Shown here: piece after piece, positions 40,417 through 49,932 of the stretch
Position numbering within the stretch: position 1 is the first letter of the stretch
Layout of the letters: the number at the start of each line of letters is the position of its first letter
DNA from: Truepera sp.
Lineage (GTDB): Bacteria; Deinococcota; Deinococci; Deinococcales; Trueperaceae
Length of the DNA: 64,000 nucleotides
Direction of reading: 5' to 3'
NCBI GenBank assembly: GCA_965218435.1
Contig: CBDCKW010000009.1
Coordinates: 2,208,001-2,272,000, forward strand
Notes under the pieces: model-generated
What the model was told of the DNA's origin: nothing
Database searches by the model: none
The model's input: only the letters and a program-made list of their open reading frames with translations
Translations under genes and position numbers: made by a program

Positions 40417-41448
40417 TCAGCGTCGGCGGAGTGAGGCTTGTAGCGACGGTGTCCCGTAGTTCCACGCGTTGTCGGCAACGCTAACCGTTGTTCCAGGCGG
40501 GACGATCTGGTCGATGCGGTCGAGAATGTCGTCGGACAGTTCGACACCGTCGGCGGCCAGGTAGCCGTCAAGGTGCTCCATGGTGCGCGGGCCAATAATA
40601 GCGGACGTAACCGCAGGGTGGCGGACGGCGAACGCGGTCGCCATCTGGACGAGCGTGAGCCCGGCTTCGTCAGCCAAAGCGCCAAGGGCGTCAGCAGCCT
40701 CAAACTTCGCGGCGTTAGCCGGGTTGGTGGCGTCGAGCGCGCCGCTCCTTGCGCGCACGGCGGTGCTCGGCCCGCTGATCTCCTGACCCTTTCTATACTT
40801 GCCTGACAGCCACCCGCCGTTCAGCGGACTAAAAGCTAATACGCCCATCCCAAGGCGGTGGCAGGTCGGTAGCAGGTCGTACTCGGTGGCGCGGGTAAGC
40901 ATAGAGTACGGCGGTTCCTCACTGCGGACATACCCGTAGCCGCGACGCTCAGCGACCCAGCGGGCTTCAACGAGCTGCGAGGCAGGCATTTTTGACGTTC
41001 CGAAAGAGCGAATCTTGCCTGCGCGTACGAGGTCGGTCAGCGCGCCAAGGGTTTCGTCCATGTCGGTGTCCGGGTCGGGGACGCCTACCTCATAGAGGTC
41101 GATCCAGTCCGTCTTAAGACGGCGTAGCGAGCCTTCGACCGCCTGCATGATCCATCGCCGCGACGCTCCGCCATGATTGGGGTTACCGTCGAACCGGACA
41201 CCGAATTTAACGGACACTACGACGTCCTTACGACGTCCATTCGCTAGCGCCTTGCCCAGAATCTCCTCGGATTCGCCAGCGGAGTAGCCGTCGGCGGTAT
41301 TGACGAAATTGATGCCAGCGTCCAGTGCTTTATGAATAATGCGAATAGACTCGTCGTGGTCACGGTTGCCGAAGGCACCAAACATCATCGCGCCCAGGCA
41401 CAGTTGGCTGACCGAAATGCCGGTACGCCCCAGAGGTCGGTATTCCAT
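40417..41448 (-). CDS. Aldo/keto reductase (atypical catalytic residues)
   Basis: YRPLGRTG, CLGAMMFG, SLRRL.TD.IDLY; DTA appears as NTA and the His as Gly. Confidence 0.88.
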   Translation of the reverse strand: MEYRPLGRTGISVSQLCLGAMMFGAFGNRDHDESIRIIHKALDAGINFVNTADGYSAGESEEILGKALANGRRKDVVVSVKFGVRFDGNPNHGGASRRWIMQAVEGSLRRLKTDWIDLYEVGVPDPDTDMDETLGALTDLVRAGKIRSFGTSKMPASQLVEARWVAERRGYGYVRSEEPPYSMLTRATEYDLLPTCHRLGMGVLAFSPLNGGWLSGKYRKGQEISGPSTAVRARSGALDATNPANAAKFEAADALGALADEAGLTLVQMATAFAVRHPAVTSAIIGPRTMEHLDGYLAADGVELSDDILDRIDQIVPPGTTVSVADNAWNYGTPSLQASLRRR

Positions 41449-41488
41449 ACAAAAACTCCTTATAGCTCACAAGCAAGCTTGCACCTAG

Positions 41489-42536
41489 TAAATCATCTGC
41501 GAAATAGCGCCGAAGGAGTCAAAGGACTAAACTAGCAGGATGAAAGCGAGCCGCTTAAAGAGAAAGCCCAAGCATCTGTATAACTTCACAGGTTTAAGCG
41601 TCGAGCAGTTCAAGTTGCTTAGTAAAGCGGTCGAAGTACGCCTTGCCGAACCAAAAGGCACCCAGGGCAAATTACGTCAACGTGCAGTAGGCGGGGGACG
41701 CAAGGCAGAACTAGGGGTAGAGGATCAGGTTTTAGGGGTGCTGCTGTATTACCGTTTGTACCTGACCCAGCTGCTACTAGGCTACTTATTCAACTTGGAT
41801 GATAGTAACGTCAGCCGTTTGATCAGCAAACTTCGACCTGTACTACTTGAGGTTCTCCCCTTACCAGCGCACGAGACAGTTCTTTTTGGTCAAGCTAAAA
41901 GAAAGCGTATCGCAAGCCTAGAAGAACTGCTTGAGCAGCATCCTGAGTTCAAGGAAGTCTTGGTTGATGCTACCGAGCAAGAAATCCAGAAACCCAAAGA
42001 CAAGCAAGAACGCAGAGACAAGTATTCAGGTAAGAAAAAGCGACATACGCTCAAGACCCAAATCACTGCCACCAACACAAAGCTTATCCTTCATGTGACA
42101 CGTTCTTTACCAGGCAAATTCAGCGACGTCAACGTCCTTAGAGGTACCGGGGTGTTACGAGCTTTACCTACGGCTACCGAGGTCCGAGTGGACAAAGGAT
42201 ATGACGGTATTGATAAGGATTTTCCCCATAGAACCTTCCATCAGCCCAGCAAAGCTAGAAGAAACAAACCCCTGGACTTCATCCAGAAATGCCTCAACAA
42301 AGTTCAAAACAGCCTGCGTTTTCCTGTCGAGCACACACTGGCTCACTTGAAACGCTTTAAGCTCTTAGCGGGTATCTACCGAGGCCCAAAAGCTGTTTAT
42401 GATGACACTTTCTTAGCTATCGCGGGGCTTCATAACTTCAGAAAGTTAGATGCTCTGGCTTGGTAAGCCGACTTAAACCCTTTCTCTAAGCCTAGCTACT
42501 TTATTCTGATCGTGTACTTATTTCGCAGATGATTTA
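41489..42536 (+). mobile_element. IS5-family (ISL2-like) insertion sequence
   Basis: Perfect 18-bp inverted repeats TAAATCATCTGCGAAATA (41489-41506) / TATTTCGCAGATGATTTA (42519-42536); the terminal TA may be the target duplication. Confidence 0.92.
41540..42466 (+). CDS. DDE transposase with N-terminal HTH
   Basis: VDATEQ, YSGKKKRHTLK, DKGY, R..VEH...LK. Confidence 0.93.
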   Translation: MKASRLKRKPKHLYNFTGLSVEQFKLLSKAVEVRLAEPKGTQGKLRQRAVGGGRKAELGVEDQVLGVLLYYRLYLTQLLLGYLFNLDDSNVSRLISKLRPVLLEVLPLPAHETVLFGQAKRKRIASLEELLEQHPEFKEVLVDATEQEIQKPKDKQERRDKYSGKKKRHTLKTQITATNTKLILHVTRSLPGKFSDVNVLRGTGVLRALPTATEVRVDKGYDGIDKDFPHRTFHQPSKARRNKPLDFIQKCLNKVQNSLRFPVEHTLAHLKRFKLLAGIYRGPKAVYDDTFLAIAGLHNFRKLDALAW

Positions 42537-42563
42537 GTGATAGAATTGGTTACGTTAATAACC

Positions 42564-42610
42564 GGACAGCCTGTCCACTCAACTATACCCCTTAACGGAG
42601 ACCCTGTCCA
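42564..42610 (-). promoter_or_regulatory. AKR promoter and two TetR operators
   Basis: Minus-strand TGGACA-17bp-TATAGT; GGACAG-C-CTGTCC (42564-76) and GGAGAC-C-CTGTCC (42597-609). Confidence 0.7.
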
Positions 42611-42619
42611 CTTAATACA

Positions 42620-43189
42620 ATGTGCGCTGACCAGTCCCCATCTTCTGCCAGACGAGCTGACGCCGAGCGCAACCGTGACAAGATTCTCGTGACCGCCCGC
42701 ACCGCGTTCGCGGCCTCAGACGCTGAGCTTTCGATGGCTGAGATTTCGCGACGCGCAGGCGTCGGTATGGCGACGCTCTACCGCAACTTCCCCAGCCGCC
42801 AAGCACTCCTCGAGACCCTGTATCAAGAGGAAGTCGAGGCCATTTGCCAAGCCGCCGAGACAGTCACTGGCGAGACACCCGGTCAAGAGTTGATCTCATG
42901 GTTGCGCCGTTTTGCTGCCTTTCTTAGCAGCAAACATTCCATCGCCGCCGAGCTGCTCAAGCACACAGATACGAGCGATCCTGTTTTTGGTAGCAGCCGC
43001 GCTAGGGTGCTCACGGCCGCTCAGCCGCTTCTTACCGCTGCCCAGCGCACCCACGCTATCCGTGGCGACCTCACGCTCGAGCAGATCATCGACCTCATCG
43101 TAGCTATCACTCGGATTCGGGGTGACACCCAGTATTTCGCGCCGATCCTTCAAACGGTGCTCGACGGCCTGCGTCCCTCACCTAGCTAG
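42620..43189 (+). CDS. TetR-family regulator
   Basis: RADAERNR, AGVGMATLYRNFP. Confidence 0.94.
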   Translation: MCADQSPSSARRADAERNRDKILVTARTAFAASDAELSMAEISRRAGVGMATLYRNFPSRQALLETLYQEEVEAICQAAETVTGETPGQELISWLRRFAAFLSSKHSIAAELLKHTDTSDPVFGSSRARVLTAAQPLLTAAQRTHAIRGDLTLEQIIDLIVAITRIRGDTQYFAPILQTVLDGLRPSPS

Positions 43190-43639
43190 TAGTTTGCTCG
43201 AACGTGACCTTCTCCGAGGTAGCAAAATAGCATTTGACAACCCGTCAACCTTGAACGACACCTCATACTGCCTGACAACCCTTCTGCCTTCTACCAACTT
43301 TCTTCAGTGTGACAGTTGGCAAAATTGGACAAGGTTACGCGCGCCACCACCAAACGAAATCAAAGTTGCGAAAAATATTCTTGGCCCAAGCTCTGCAACT
43401 GAGACACTTTCCAGCAGCGCAGCGAGGAGCAGCCCTATAAGACCAGCCCAACCGACGATAACGGCTTGTTGCAACGTCACGGCAGCTTATAAGAACAAGA
43501 AGCCAACCTTGTCATGAGCGCCCCAACAAAGATGGTGACAGCAAGATTGTGGCACTCAGCTCTGTAACACGGCCTTAAACCGGCTTACTTTAGGGAGTCA
43601 GCTGTTTTAGAGACGCACATCAGTACCGGGGGGTACGCC

Positions 43640-44512
43640 ATGAAACGACTTGAAGGCAAAGCAGCTATCATAACCGGCGCGGGTACCGGGATCGGCGAGG
43701 CCATCGCGCATAAGTTCGCCAGTGAGGGAGCACACGTTCTCGTCAACGGTCTGCCCGGCGACCCGGTTGAAGAGGTGGCTAGAGCCATTCGCGAGCAGTA
43801 TCCGGACGTCAAGGTTGAAGCTTACGTCGCCGACATCGCCGAGCAAGACAACGCCGAGGCGTGCGTTCGGCAGGCCGTCGCAGCGTTTGGCAAGCTCGAT
43901 GTTTTAGTCAACGACGCGGGTACCTTGCCCGAAACCGGCGAAACCCAGGAATATTCCATCAACGCTTTTGACAAGCTCGTTCACAACAACATCCGCAGCG
44001 CCTTTATGATGACCCGCGCGGCGCTGCCCGAGCTGCAAAAGACGCGCGGCAACATCGTCGCGGCCGGTAGCGAGGCCGGATTTAACGGGACCCCGATGTT
44101 CACCCCTTACGGCGCGACAAAGGGATGGATGCACGCCTTTATCAAGGGTGTCGCGATGGAGCAGGCTAAACATGGCGTCCGCGCCAACTGCTTTTGCCCT
44201 GGGCCTATCGAGACCATGTTTACGGACCCCGAGGTCGGCCCGATGGGTGACGACCTCGCCGAGATGACGGTGACGGCAACGGCGATGGGGCGGCTTGGCA
44301 CGCCTGAGGAGATGGCCAACGTCGCGGCTTTTTTAGCCTCTGATGAGGCGAGCTACGTCACCGGGGCGCTCTTTTTAGCCGACGGCGGCGTGACGCCCGC
44401 GCACGGCACCTTAGGCGCACAGGTTCCCGACGAGCTTAAAAAAGAGCCGCAGGGCCAGCTCAAACTGTCCCATGAACTCGCCGGTTCCGTCTCTGAAAAA
44501 CCTACCGGCTAG
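43640..44512 (+). CDS. Short-chain dehydrogenase
   Basis: [19 protein letters not shown]. Confidence 0.93.
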   Translation: MKRLEGKAAIITGAGTGIGEAIAHKFASEGAHVLVNGLPGDPVEEVARAIREQYPDVKVEAYVADIAEQDNAEACVRQAVAAFGKLDVLVNDAGTLPETGETQEYSINAFDKLVHNNIRSAFMMTRAALPELQKTRGNIVAAGSEAGFNGTPMFTPYGATKGWMHAFIKGVAMEQAKHGVRANCFCPGPIETMFTDPEVGPMGDDLAEMTVTATAMGRLGTPEEMANVAAFLASDEASYVTGALFLADGGVTPAHGTLGAQVPDELKKEPQGQLKLSHELAGSVSEKPTG

Positions 44513-44520
44513 GGGGAAAG

Positions 44521-45546
44521 ATGAAAAAAGATACTGCTAATACTCATAAGGTCTCGAGACGCCGCGTGCTTGGGGGGATGACGACCGGTTTGGTTGCCGC
44601 TCTGACGCCTGCTGCGCTCGCACAAACAAAACAGACCGATACTAAAGAACAAGTCCCGCCGCAAGCCGTCAAGCAAAATCCGCTGACGCAGTACCCGGAA
44701 CCGCCTTTTAAGCGACAGCCCCAAGATCCACCCGGTCTGGCGAGCAAGATGACGCCGCGCCCCGATCACGGGGAGACGAGTTATCAGGGTTCAGGCCGTC
44801 TCTTGGGCCGTAAGGCGCTCGTCACCGGCGGCGATTCGGGCATCGGCCGCGCCGCAGTTATCGCCTTCGCGCGCGAAGGGGCGGACGTCGCCTTCGGTTA
44901 CCTTCCCGAGGAAGAACCCGATGCACGCGAGGTCGTCGCGCTGATCCGCAAAGCGGGGCGGAAGGCCGTGGCCCTGCCGGGTGACATCAGGAGCGAAGAC
45001 TTTTGTAAACAGCTCGTCGCCGACGCAGTACGCGAACTCGGCGGGCTCGACATCTTGGTCAACAACGCGGCTAAACAGCACTCGGTCGCGTCTATCCTCG
45101 ACCTCAGCAGCGACCAGCTCGACGCGACGTTTAAGACAAATCTTTACGCGCTGTTCTGGATTACCAAAGCGGCGCTGCCGCACCTCAAGGCCGGGGCCAG
45201 CATCATCACCACTGCCTCAATTGAGGCGTACGACCCATCTGAAAACCTGCTCGACTACGCGCAGACCAAAGCGGCGCAGGTCGCCTTTACCAAATCGTTG
45301 GCAAGGCAGGTGGCTGAACGGGGCATCCGGGTCAACGCCGTCGCGCCCGGACCTTTTTGGACGCCCCTCCAAGTCAGCGGGGGTCAACCGCAAAGTGCCC
45401 TCGAGACCTTTGGCGGCGACACCCCGATGGGGCGTCCCGGCCAGCCGGCAGAGCTTGCGCCGATCTATGTGCTCTTGGCGTCGCAAGAATCGAGCTACAC
45501 GACCGGTCAGGTGTACGGCGCGACGGGCGGGAGTGGTGCACCGTGA
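44521..45546 (+). CDS. YghA-like SDR with a twin-arginine signal
   Basis: SRRRVL + hydrophobic + [29 protein letters not shown]. Confidence 0.92.
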   Translation: MKKDTANTHKVSRRRVLGGMTTGLVAALTPAALAQTKQTDTKEQVPPQAVKQNPLTQYPEPPFKRQPQDPPGLASKMTPRPDHGETSYQGSGRLLGRKALVTGGDSGIGRAAVIAFAREGADVAFGYLPEEEPDAREVVALIRKAGRKAVALPGDIRSEDFCKQLVADAVRELGGLDILVNNAAKQHSVASILDLSSDQLDATFKTNLYALFWITKAALPHLKAGASIITTASIEAYDPSENLLDYAQTKAAQVAFTKSLARQVAERGIRVNAVAPGPFWTPLQVSGGQPQSALETFGGDTPMGRPGQPAELAPIYVLLASQESSYTTGQVYGATGGSGAP

Positions 45547-45884
45547 GCTACAGCCAAGGCTTCTGACGCGGGTCGGGAACCTTGTTACCTCAACATTTTC
45601 TTAAATCTCTGTTCTAGCAGTCGGCGTAAAAGCTTAATTTGAGTTGAGGTCGGCAAAAGAAAGCTAATATGTCAGCTATTCGGTTGAGGTTTCGTGCAAC
45701 TCGTTAGCTGAGCAGGAATTCCTTATCGCTCACACTGAGCCGCTCTCCCGGCACGTTGCAGCGGTCCGGTCTGTCAACTGCGTAAGCCGACCTTTCCGGT
45801 TATGAAGGGCAAACCGTCAAGCCTACGCATCAGGCTACGTCAGCATTTGAGCCTCATCCCAAAGGCAGTGCTACACTTAAACCT

Positions 45885-46265
45885 ATGGAACCAACCTGGG
45901 TACGCGGCATTCGCGGCGCAACGACGGTCGAGCGGGACGAACCCGAGCTGATTTTGGCGGCGACCGGGGAGCTGTTAGAGACGATGCTCCGCGAAAACGA
46001 CATCCGTAACTTTGAGGCCATCGCCGCGATTTTCTTTACCACCACGCCCGACCTGACGAGCACCTTTCCGGCAGAGGCGGCGAGAGCCCTCGGGATGGAT
46101 TTGGTTCCGCTGATGTGTAATCAGGAGATTCCGGTACCCAACCGTTTAGCAAAAGCCGTACGGGTGATGCTGCAGGTCAACACGACGAAAACGCAGCGCG
46201 AGATGCGGCATATCTATCTGCGCGAAGCTGTCCGGTTACGCCCCGATTTGGTAAGCGCCCAGTAG
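45885..46265 (+). CDS. aroH: Chorismate mutase, AroH class
   Basis: RGIRGAT, FT.T.DL..FPA, HIYL..A..LRPD. Confidence 0.95.
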   Translation: MEPTWVRGIRGATTVERDEPELILAATGELLETMLRENDIRNFEAIAAIFFTTTPDLTSTFPAEAARALGMDLVPLMCNQEIPVPNRLAKAVRVMLQVNTTKTQREMRHIYLREAVRLRPDLVSAQ

Positions 46266-46300
46266 CTAGCCTCCACTTATTGCCGCTTAGTTTTAGTTGA

Positions 46301-47272
46301 CTAAGGCAGCAGCTTATTCGTAAACAGCGTCTTAGACTGAACTGCGTCACGAACCCTTTGCGTCGCGTCCCCGAAAACATCCGCGTCTAAGAGGAGCGTG
46401 GGGTAGCCTGTCCACTTTTCTAAGCTTTGTTGTCCCCACGCCTCACCTTGAGCGAGGTAAAAGCTCGAGACCAACGCTTGCGACTCACGCACCAAACCGG
46501 GGTCGGGAAAGCTACCTGCGGGCGCAGCTTGGAGGAGAAGTTCGGCAGCCTCTTCAGGGTTGTTTGCAGCGAACGTATAACCCCTGGCCGTCGCCGCTAA
46601 AAACGCCTTGAGCGCGGCGGCATTGTTCTCAATCCCGTCCGGACTAGCAACCAAAACCGGCGTGTAATAGTCGGGCACGCCGTAGTCGTTAAAGGTAAAC
46701 AAGGTCAGGTCAACGCCTTCGCGCTCCGCCTGCACGCCCTGCCAGCCCCGAAAAATCCAGACGAAATCGGCGCGACCCGCCAGCAGCGCGTCAAAACCGG
46801 CAACGTTTAAGAGCGCACTCCGAAAATCGCCGGTACCACTGTCATGCCGGATGACCGCAGCGATGGTCGGGTCTTCATAGGTGCTGCCGAAAGCCGCGTA
46901 GATTTTGCCGTCCAGGTCTTTGGGTCGGGTAATCCCGCTCTTTGTAAGGACTGCCAGCGCCGCCGTATTGGTGGACAGCATCGCCGCTACCGAGACGACG
47001 GGCTCCCCGGCAGCAACCGAACCCAGTACGCCTTCGGTGCTCGAGACCCCCACATCGGCCTGGTTATTGGCAACGAGCGCCTCGGGCGCAACGCTGCCGT
47101 AGGGCAACACCTGCAGCTTGATACCCGCTTCTTCGTACCAACCCTTCGCGAGCGCGACGTAAATCCCGGTGTGGTTGGTGTTCGGTACCCAGTCGAGGGC
47201 CAGCCGGACCGTTGGGGTTTGAGCTGAGGCGAATGTAAGCAGGGTAATGAGTAGCGCAAAAAAAACTTTCAC
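46301..47272 (-). CDS. thiY: ThiY/NMT1-like ABC substrate-binding protein
   Basis: LDWVPNTNHTG, PDYY; TPP riboswitch operon. Confidence 0.85.
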   Translation of the reverse strand: MKVFFALLITLLTFASAQTPTVRLALDWVPNTNHTGIYVALAKGWYEEAGIKLQVLPYGSVAPEALVANNQADVGVSSTEGVLGSVAAGEPVVSVAAMLSTNTAALAVLTKSGITRPKDLDGKIYAAFGSTYEDPTIAAVIRHDSGTGDFRSALLNVAGFDALLAGRADFVWIFRGWQGVQAEREGVDLTLFTFNDYGVPDYYTPVLVASPDGIENNAAALKAFLAATARGYTFAANNPEEAAELLLQAAPAGSFPDPGLVRESQALVSSFYLAQGEAWGQQSLEKWTGYPTLLLDADVFGDATQRVRDAVQSKTLFTNKLLP

Positions 47273-48012
47273 TGAAACCTCCAGGGCATGGTGAGGCGCT
47301 CGAGCAGCCGCACACCGGCGACGAGCAGCGAGCTTAAGAGGGCGATAACGATAATTGTGGCGAAAACGAGCGGGGTCGCGCGGGAATTCGCAGCGGTTTG
47401 CAGCAAAATCCCGAGCCCCGAAAAGCCGCCGACGTATTCGGCAAAAATTGCGCCGGTGACGCTGTAGGTCAGCGTAATCCGCAAGCCCGAAAAAAAGCTG
47501 GGGAGCGCACCGGGCCAGCGCAGCAAGCGAAAGGTCTGCCAGGGCGAGGCAGCCAAGGAGCGCATCAGGTCGTGGCGGTCGGCGGGCGTCTGTGCGAGGC
47601 CCGCAAGCGTCGAGAGAACGATGGGGAAAAAGGCAAAGAGTGCGACGAGCAGCACTTTAGGCAACAGGCCGAAGCCGAACCAGAGGAGCATTAAAGGGGC
47701 CAAGACGATAATTGGGACCGTCTGCGAGGCGACAAGATACGGCAACAACGCCCGCCGCAGCAGCTCGGATCGGTCGAGTAAAAGTGCCCAGACGAGCGCG
47801 GCGATGACTGCCAGCAGCACCCCTAACGCCGTTTCTGACAGGGTCGTCAGGCTGTTGTCCCACAACAGCCCGCGCTGCTCGAGCAACGTCATAAAAACAA
47901 CCTGAGGCGACGGTAAAAAGCTCGCCGGAACCCCGCTCAGGGATACCCCGAGCTGCCACGCGCCTAAAATCAGCACGCCCGCAGCGAGTGGCGCGAGGAC
48001 GCCGACTTTCAT
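47269..48012 (-). CDS. thiX: ThiX-like ABC permease
   Basis: LPSP, SQTVP...APL..LWFGFG, FFSGLRI. Confidence 0.85.
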   Translation of the reverse strand: MKVGVLAPLAAGVLILGAWQLGVSLSGVPASFLPSPQVVFMTLLEQRGLLWDNSLTTLSETALGVLLAVIAALVWALLLDRSELLRRALLPYLVASQTVPIIVLAPLMLLWFGFGLLPKVLLVALFAFFPIVLSTLAGLAQTPADRHDLMRSLAASPWQTFRLLRWPGALPSFFSGLRITLTYSVTGAIFAEYVGGFSGLGILLQTAANSRATPLVFATIIVIALLSSLLVAGVRLLERLTMPWRFQ

Positions 48013-48701
48013 CCCGCTGAAACCGCGTCGTAAAACATCTTTTCAAAGTCGTAGCAGAGTTCGGCGGCGCGGGTGACGGCTTCTTTTTCCGCATCAGTCG
48101 TCACCAAGGGGCGAAGCATCTCGGTGGTAGCGCGTTCAGCGGGCTCCAAGGCTTCGTGAAAGCTGAAAAACTCCGTCGCCTCATCCGAAAAACCGTACTG
48201 CCGAAGCGGAGCGTCAATACGGCCACAGATTTCCAGAAAAATCGTTTCACTTGCGCCCAGACACGCGACCGTTTCAGCAAACGAACTCCGCGCCAGGTGA
48301 TAGTAAAACTGCGCCGTCAGCGCGAGACACGGCGCCAGGGGCCGAGCAGCGGCAAAGTCTTCCGGTGTTAAACCGACCGCTTTACCAAACCGTAACAGCG
48401 TGTCTGCCGCACCCATTTTAGGCGTGAGCTTGGCAATCAGCGCGTCCGCCGCCTCAGCTGTGGGCGCTTTGGCAATGGTGAGGCTGTCTAACCGGTACAC
48501 CTCGCGGATGAGGAAAATATCTTGGAGCGCAAAGCGGGCGAGCTGTTCGCGGGTTGTCGTTTGGTTTTCGACACCTGTCCAGAGTGGATGCTCTAAGAGA
48601 GCCGTTTGTTTTAGGCGCAGGTCTCGAGTCGTCAACCCGGCTAAAAATCCCGTCCCGACGCCCTGCCCGTAAGTCGGATTTACGCTGGTTTTGGTCACCA
48701 A
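48009..48701 (-). CDS. TenA/PqqC-like protein
   Basis: HPLW, F.LQD, E..FYD; TTG start after AGGAGG; first gene behind the TPP riboswitch. Confidence 0.75.
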   Translation of the reverse strand: MVTKTSVNPTYGQGVGTGFLAGLTTRDLRLKQTALLEHPLWTGVENQTTTREQLARFALQDIFLIREVYRLDSLTIAKAPTAEAADALIAKLTPKMGAADTLLRFGKAVGLTPEDFAAARPLAPCLALTAQFYYHLARSSFAETVACLGASETIFLEICGRIDAPLRQYGFSDEATEFFSFHEALEPAERATTEMLRPLVTTDAEKEAVTRAAELCYDFEKMFYDAVSAG

Positions 48702-48752
48702 AAAACCTCCTGATTTCACCAGGAGGCGCAAGCCGTAAGCTGAGAGCGCGTC

Positions 48753-48840
48753 ACACTTCCTCCGCCGGTATGATCCGGGTCAGGTTCTAGGGTTGAGCTT
48801 GCTCGCGCAGACTCTCTCAGCCTTTCGGCACCCCTGGTGA
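48753..48840 (-). ncRNA. TPP riboswitch
   Basis: GGGGTGCC-GAAA-GGCTGAGA...ACCCTAGAACCTGACCCGGATCATACCGGCGGAGGAAG; TATACT at 48853-48848. Confidence 0.95.
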
Positions 48841-48921
48841 GAGGGCTAGTATACAGCGGCAACGGGTCGAAAGTGTAGGCTCGAGCCAACCTCGCTCACC
48901 CAAAGAGCTAAAAGGAGACGC

Positions 48922-49929
48922 ATGACCTTTAGCCGCACCTACACCACTGTTGACGCGCACACGGCGGGCGAACCGCTGCGAATTGTAACCGCCGGGATTC
49001 CGCGTATTCCCGGCCGCACGATTCTAGACAAGCGCCGCTGGGTCAAAGAAAATCTGGACGACGTGCGTAAGGCGCTCATGTGGGAGCCTCGGGGCCACGC
49101 CGATATGTACGGGGCTTACCTCACCGAACCGGTGACAGAGGACGCCGACCTGGGCGTGATCTTTATGCACAACGAAGGCTACTCGGATATGTGCGGGCAC
49201 GGCATTATTGCGCTCGCCACAGTTGCCACCGCGCAGGGTTTGGTCAGAGTGACAGAACCGGAAACCCGCATCGGCATAGATTCGCCGGCAGGCTTTATCG
49301 AGGCGTTTGCCAAGTGGGACGGCCGAAAAGTTGGGCGGGTCCGGTTTAACAACGTACCGTCGTTTCTCTACCGGCGAGACTTGGAGGTTCACACCCCTTC
49401 GTTCGGTGGCGTCACGGTAGACCTCGCCTTCGGCGGCGCGTTTTACGCTTACTTGAGCGGCGCACAGGTTGGGCTTACGGTCACGCCGGAAAACTACCGT
49501 CCGCTGATCCTCTTAGGCGACGAGGTTAAAAAAGCTGTCAGTGCCGAGGTTAAGGTGCAGCATCCGCTCGAGCCTGAACTCAACCAGCTTTACGGCACCA
49601 TCATCCACGGACCGCCGCAGCATGAGGGGTCAACCCAGGCGAACGTCTGCGTCTTTGCCGACCGCGAGATAGACCGTTCACCGACCGGCACCGGCACTGC
49701 CGGACGCGTCGCGCAGCTTTACGCCAGGGGTCAGCTCCGAGAAGATGAAACGCTCGTCAACGAGAGCATCATCGGTACGACCTTTACGGGCCGGGTTGTC
49801 GGCCACACGAAGGTCGGCGAGTTCGACGCCGTAATCCCTGAAGTCGGTGGCAGAGCGGCCATCACCGGCTTTAATCAGTGGGTCGTTGACCCAGACGACC
49901 CGGTAGGGGCAGGATTTTTTCTCCGGTAG
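48922..49929 (+). CDS. Proline racemase family, Cys/Thr type (trans-3-hydroxy-L-proline dehydratase-like)
   Basis: HTAGEPLR, EPRGH, MCGH, DRSPTGTG. Confidence 0.88.
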   Translation: MTFSRTYTTVDAHTAGEPLRIVTAGIPRIPGRTILDKRRWVKENLDDVRKALMWEPRGHADMYGAYLTEPVTEDADLGVIFMHNEGYSDMCGHGIIALATVATAQGLVRVTEPETRIGIDSPAGFIEAFAKWDGRKVGRVRFNNVPSFLYRRDLEVHTPSFGGVTVDLAFGGAFYAYLSGAQVGLTVTPENYRPLILLGDEVKKAVSAEVKVQHPLEPELNQLYGTIIHGPPQHEGSTQANVCVFADREIDRSPTGTGTAGRVAQLYARGQLREDETLVNESIIGTTFTGRVVGHTKVGEFDAVIPEVGGRAAITGFNQWVVDPDDPVGAGFFLR

Positions 49930-49932
49930 AGG

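Noticed and set aside
42550..42566. TTACGTTAATAACCGGA as a DdrO/RDRM box
   Set aside because: The right half-site is poor and the neighbours are not typical DNA-repair genes; the TetR operators explain the region.
40377..43242. GGCTGTCAAA / TTTGACAACC as ends of a composite element
   Set aside because: Only a 9/10 match with no target duplication; consistent with chance.
43300..43520. Hydrophobic minus-strand frame (possible membrane-gene remnant)
   Set aside because: Short, with no clear start signal or family motif.
45780..45850. GGGCAAACC as a c-di-GMP-I riboswitch
   Set aside because: The following GNRA stem and GACGCAAA-type elements are absent.
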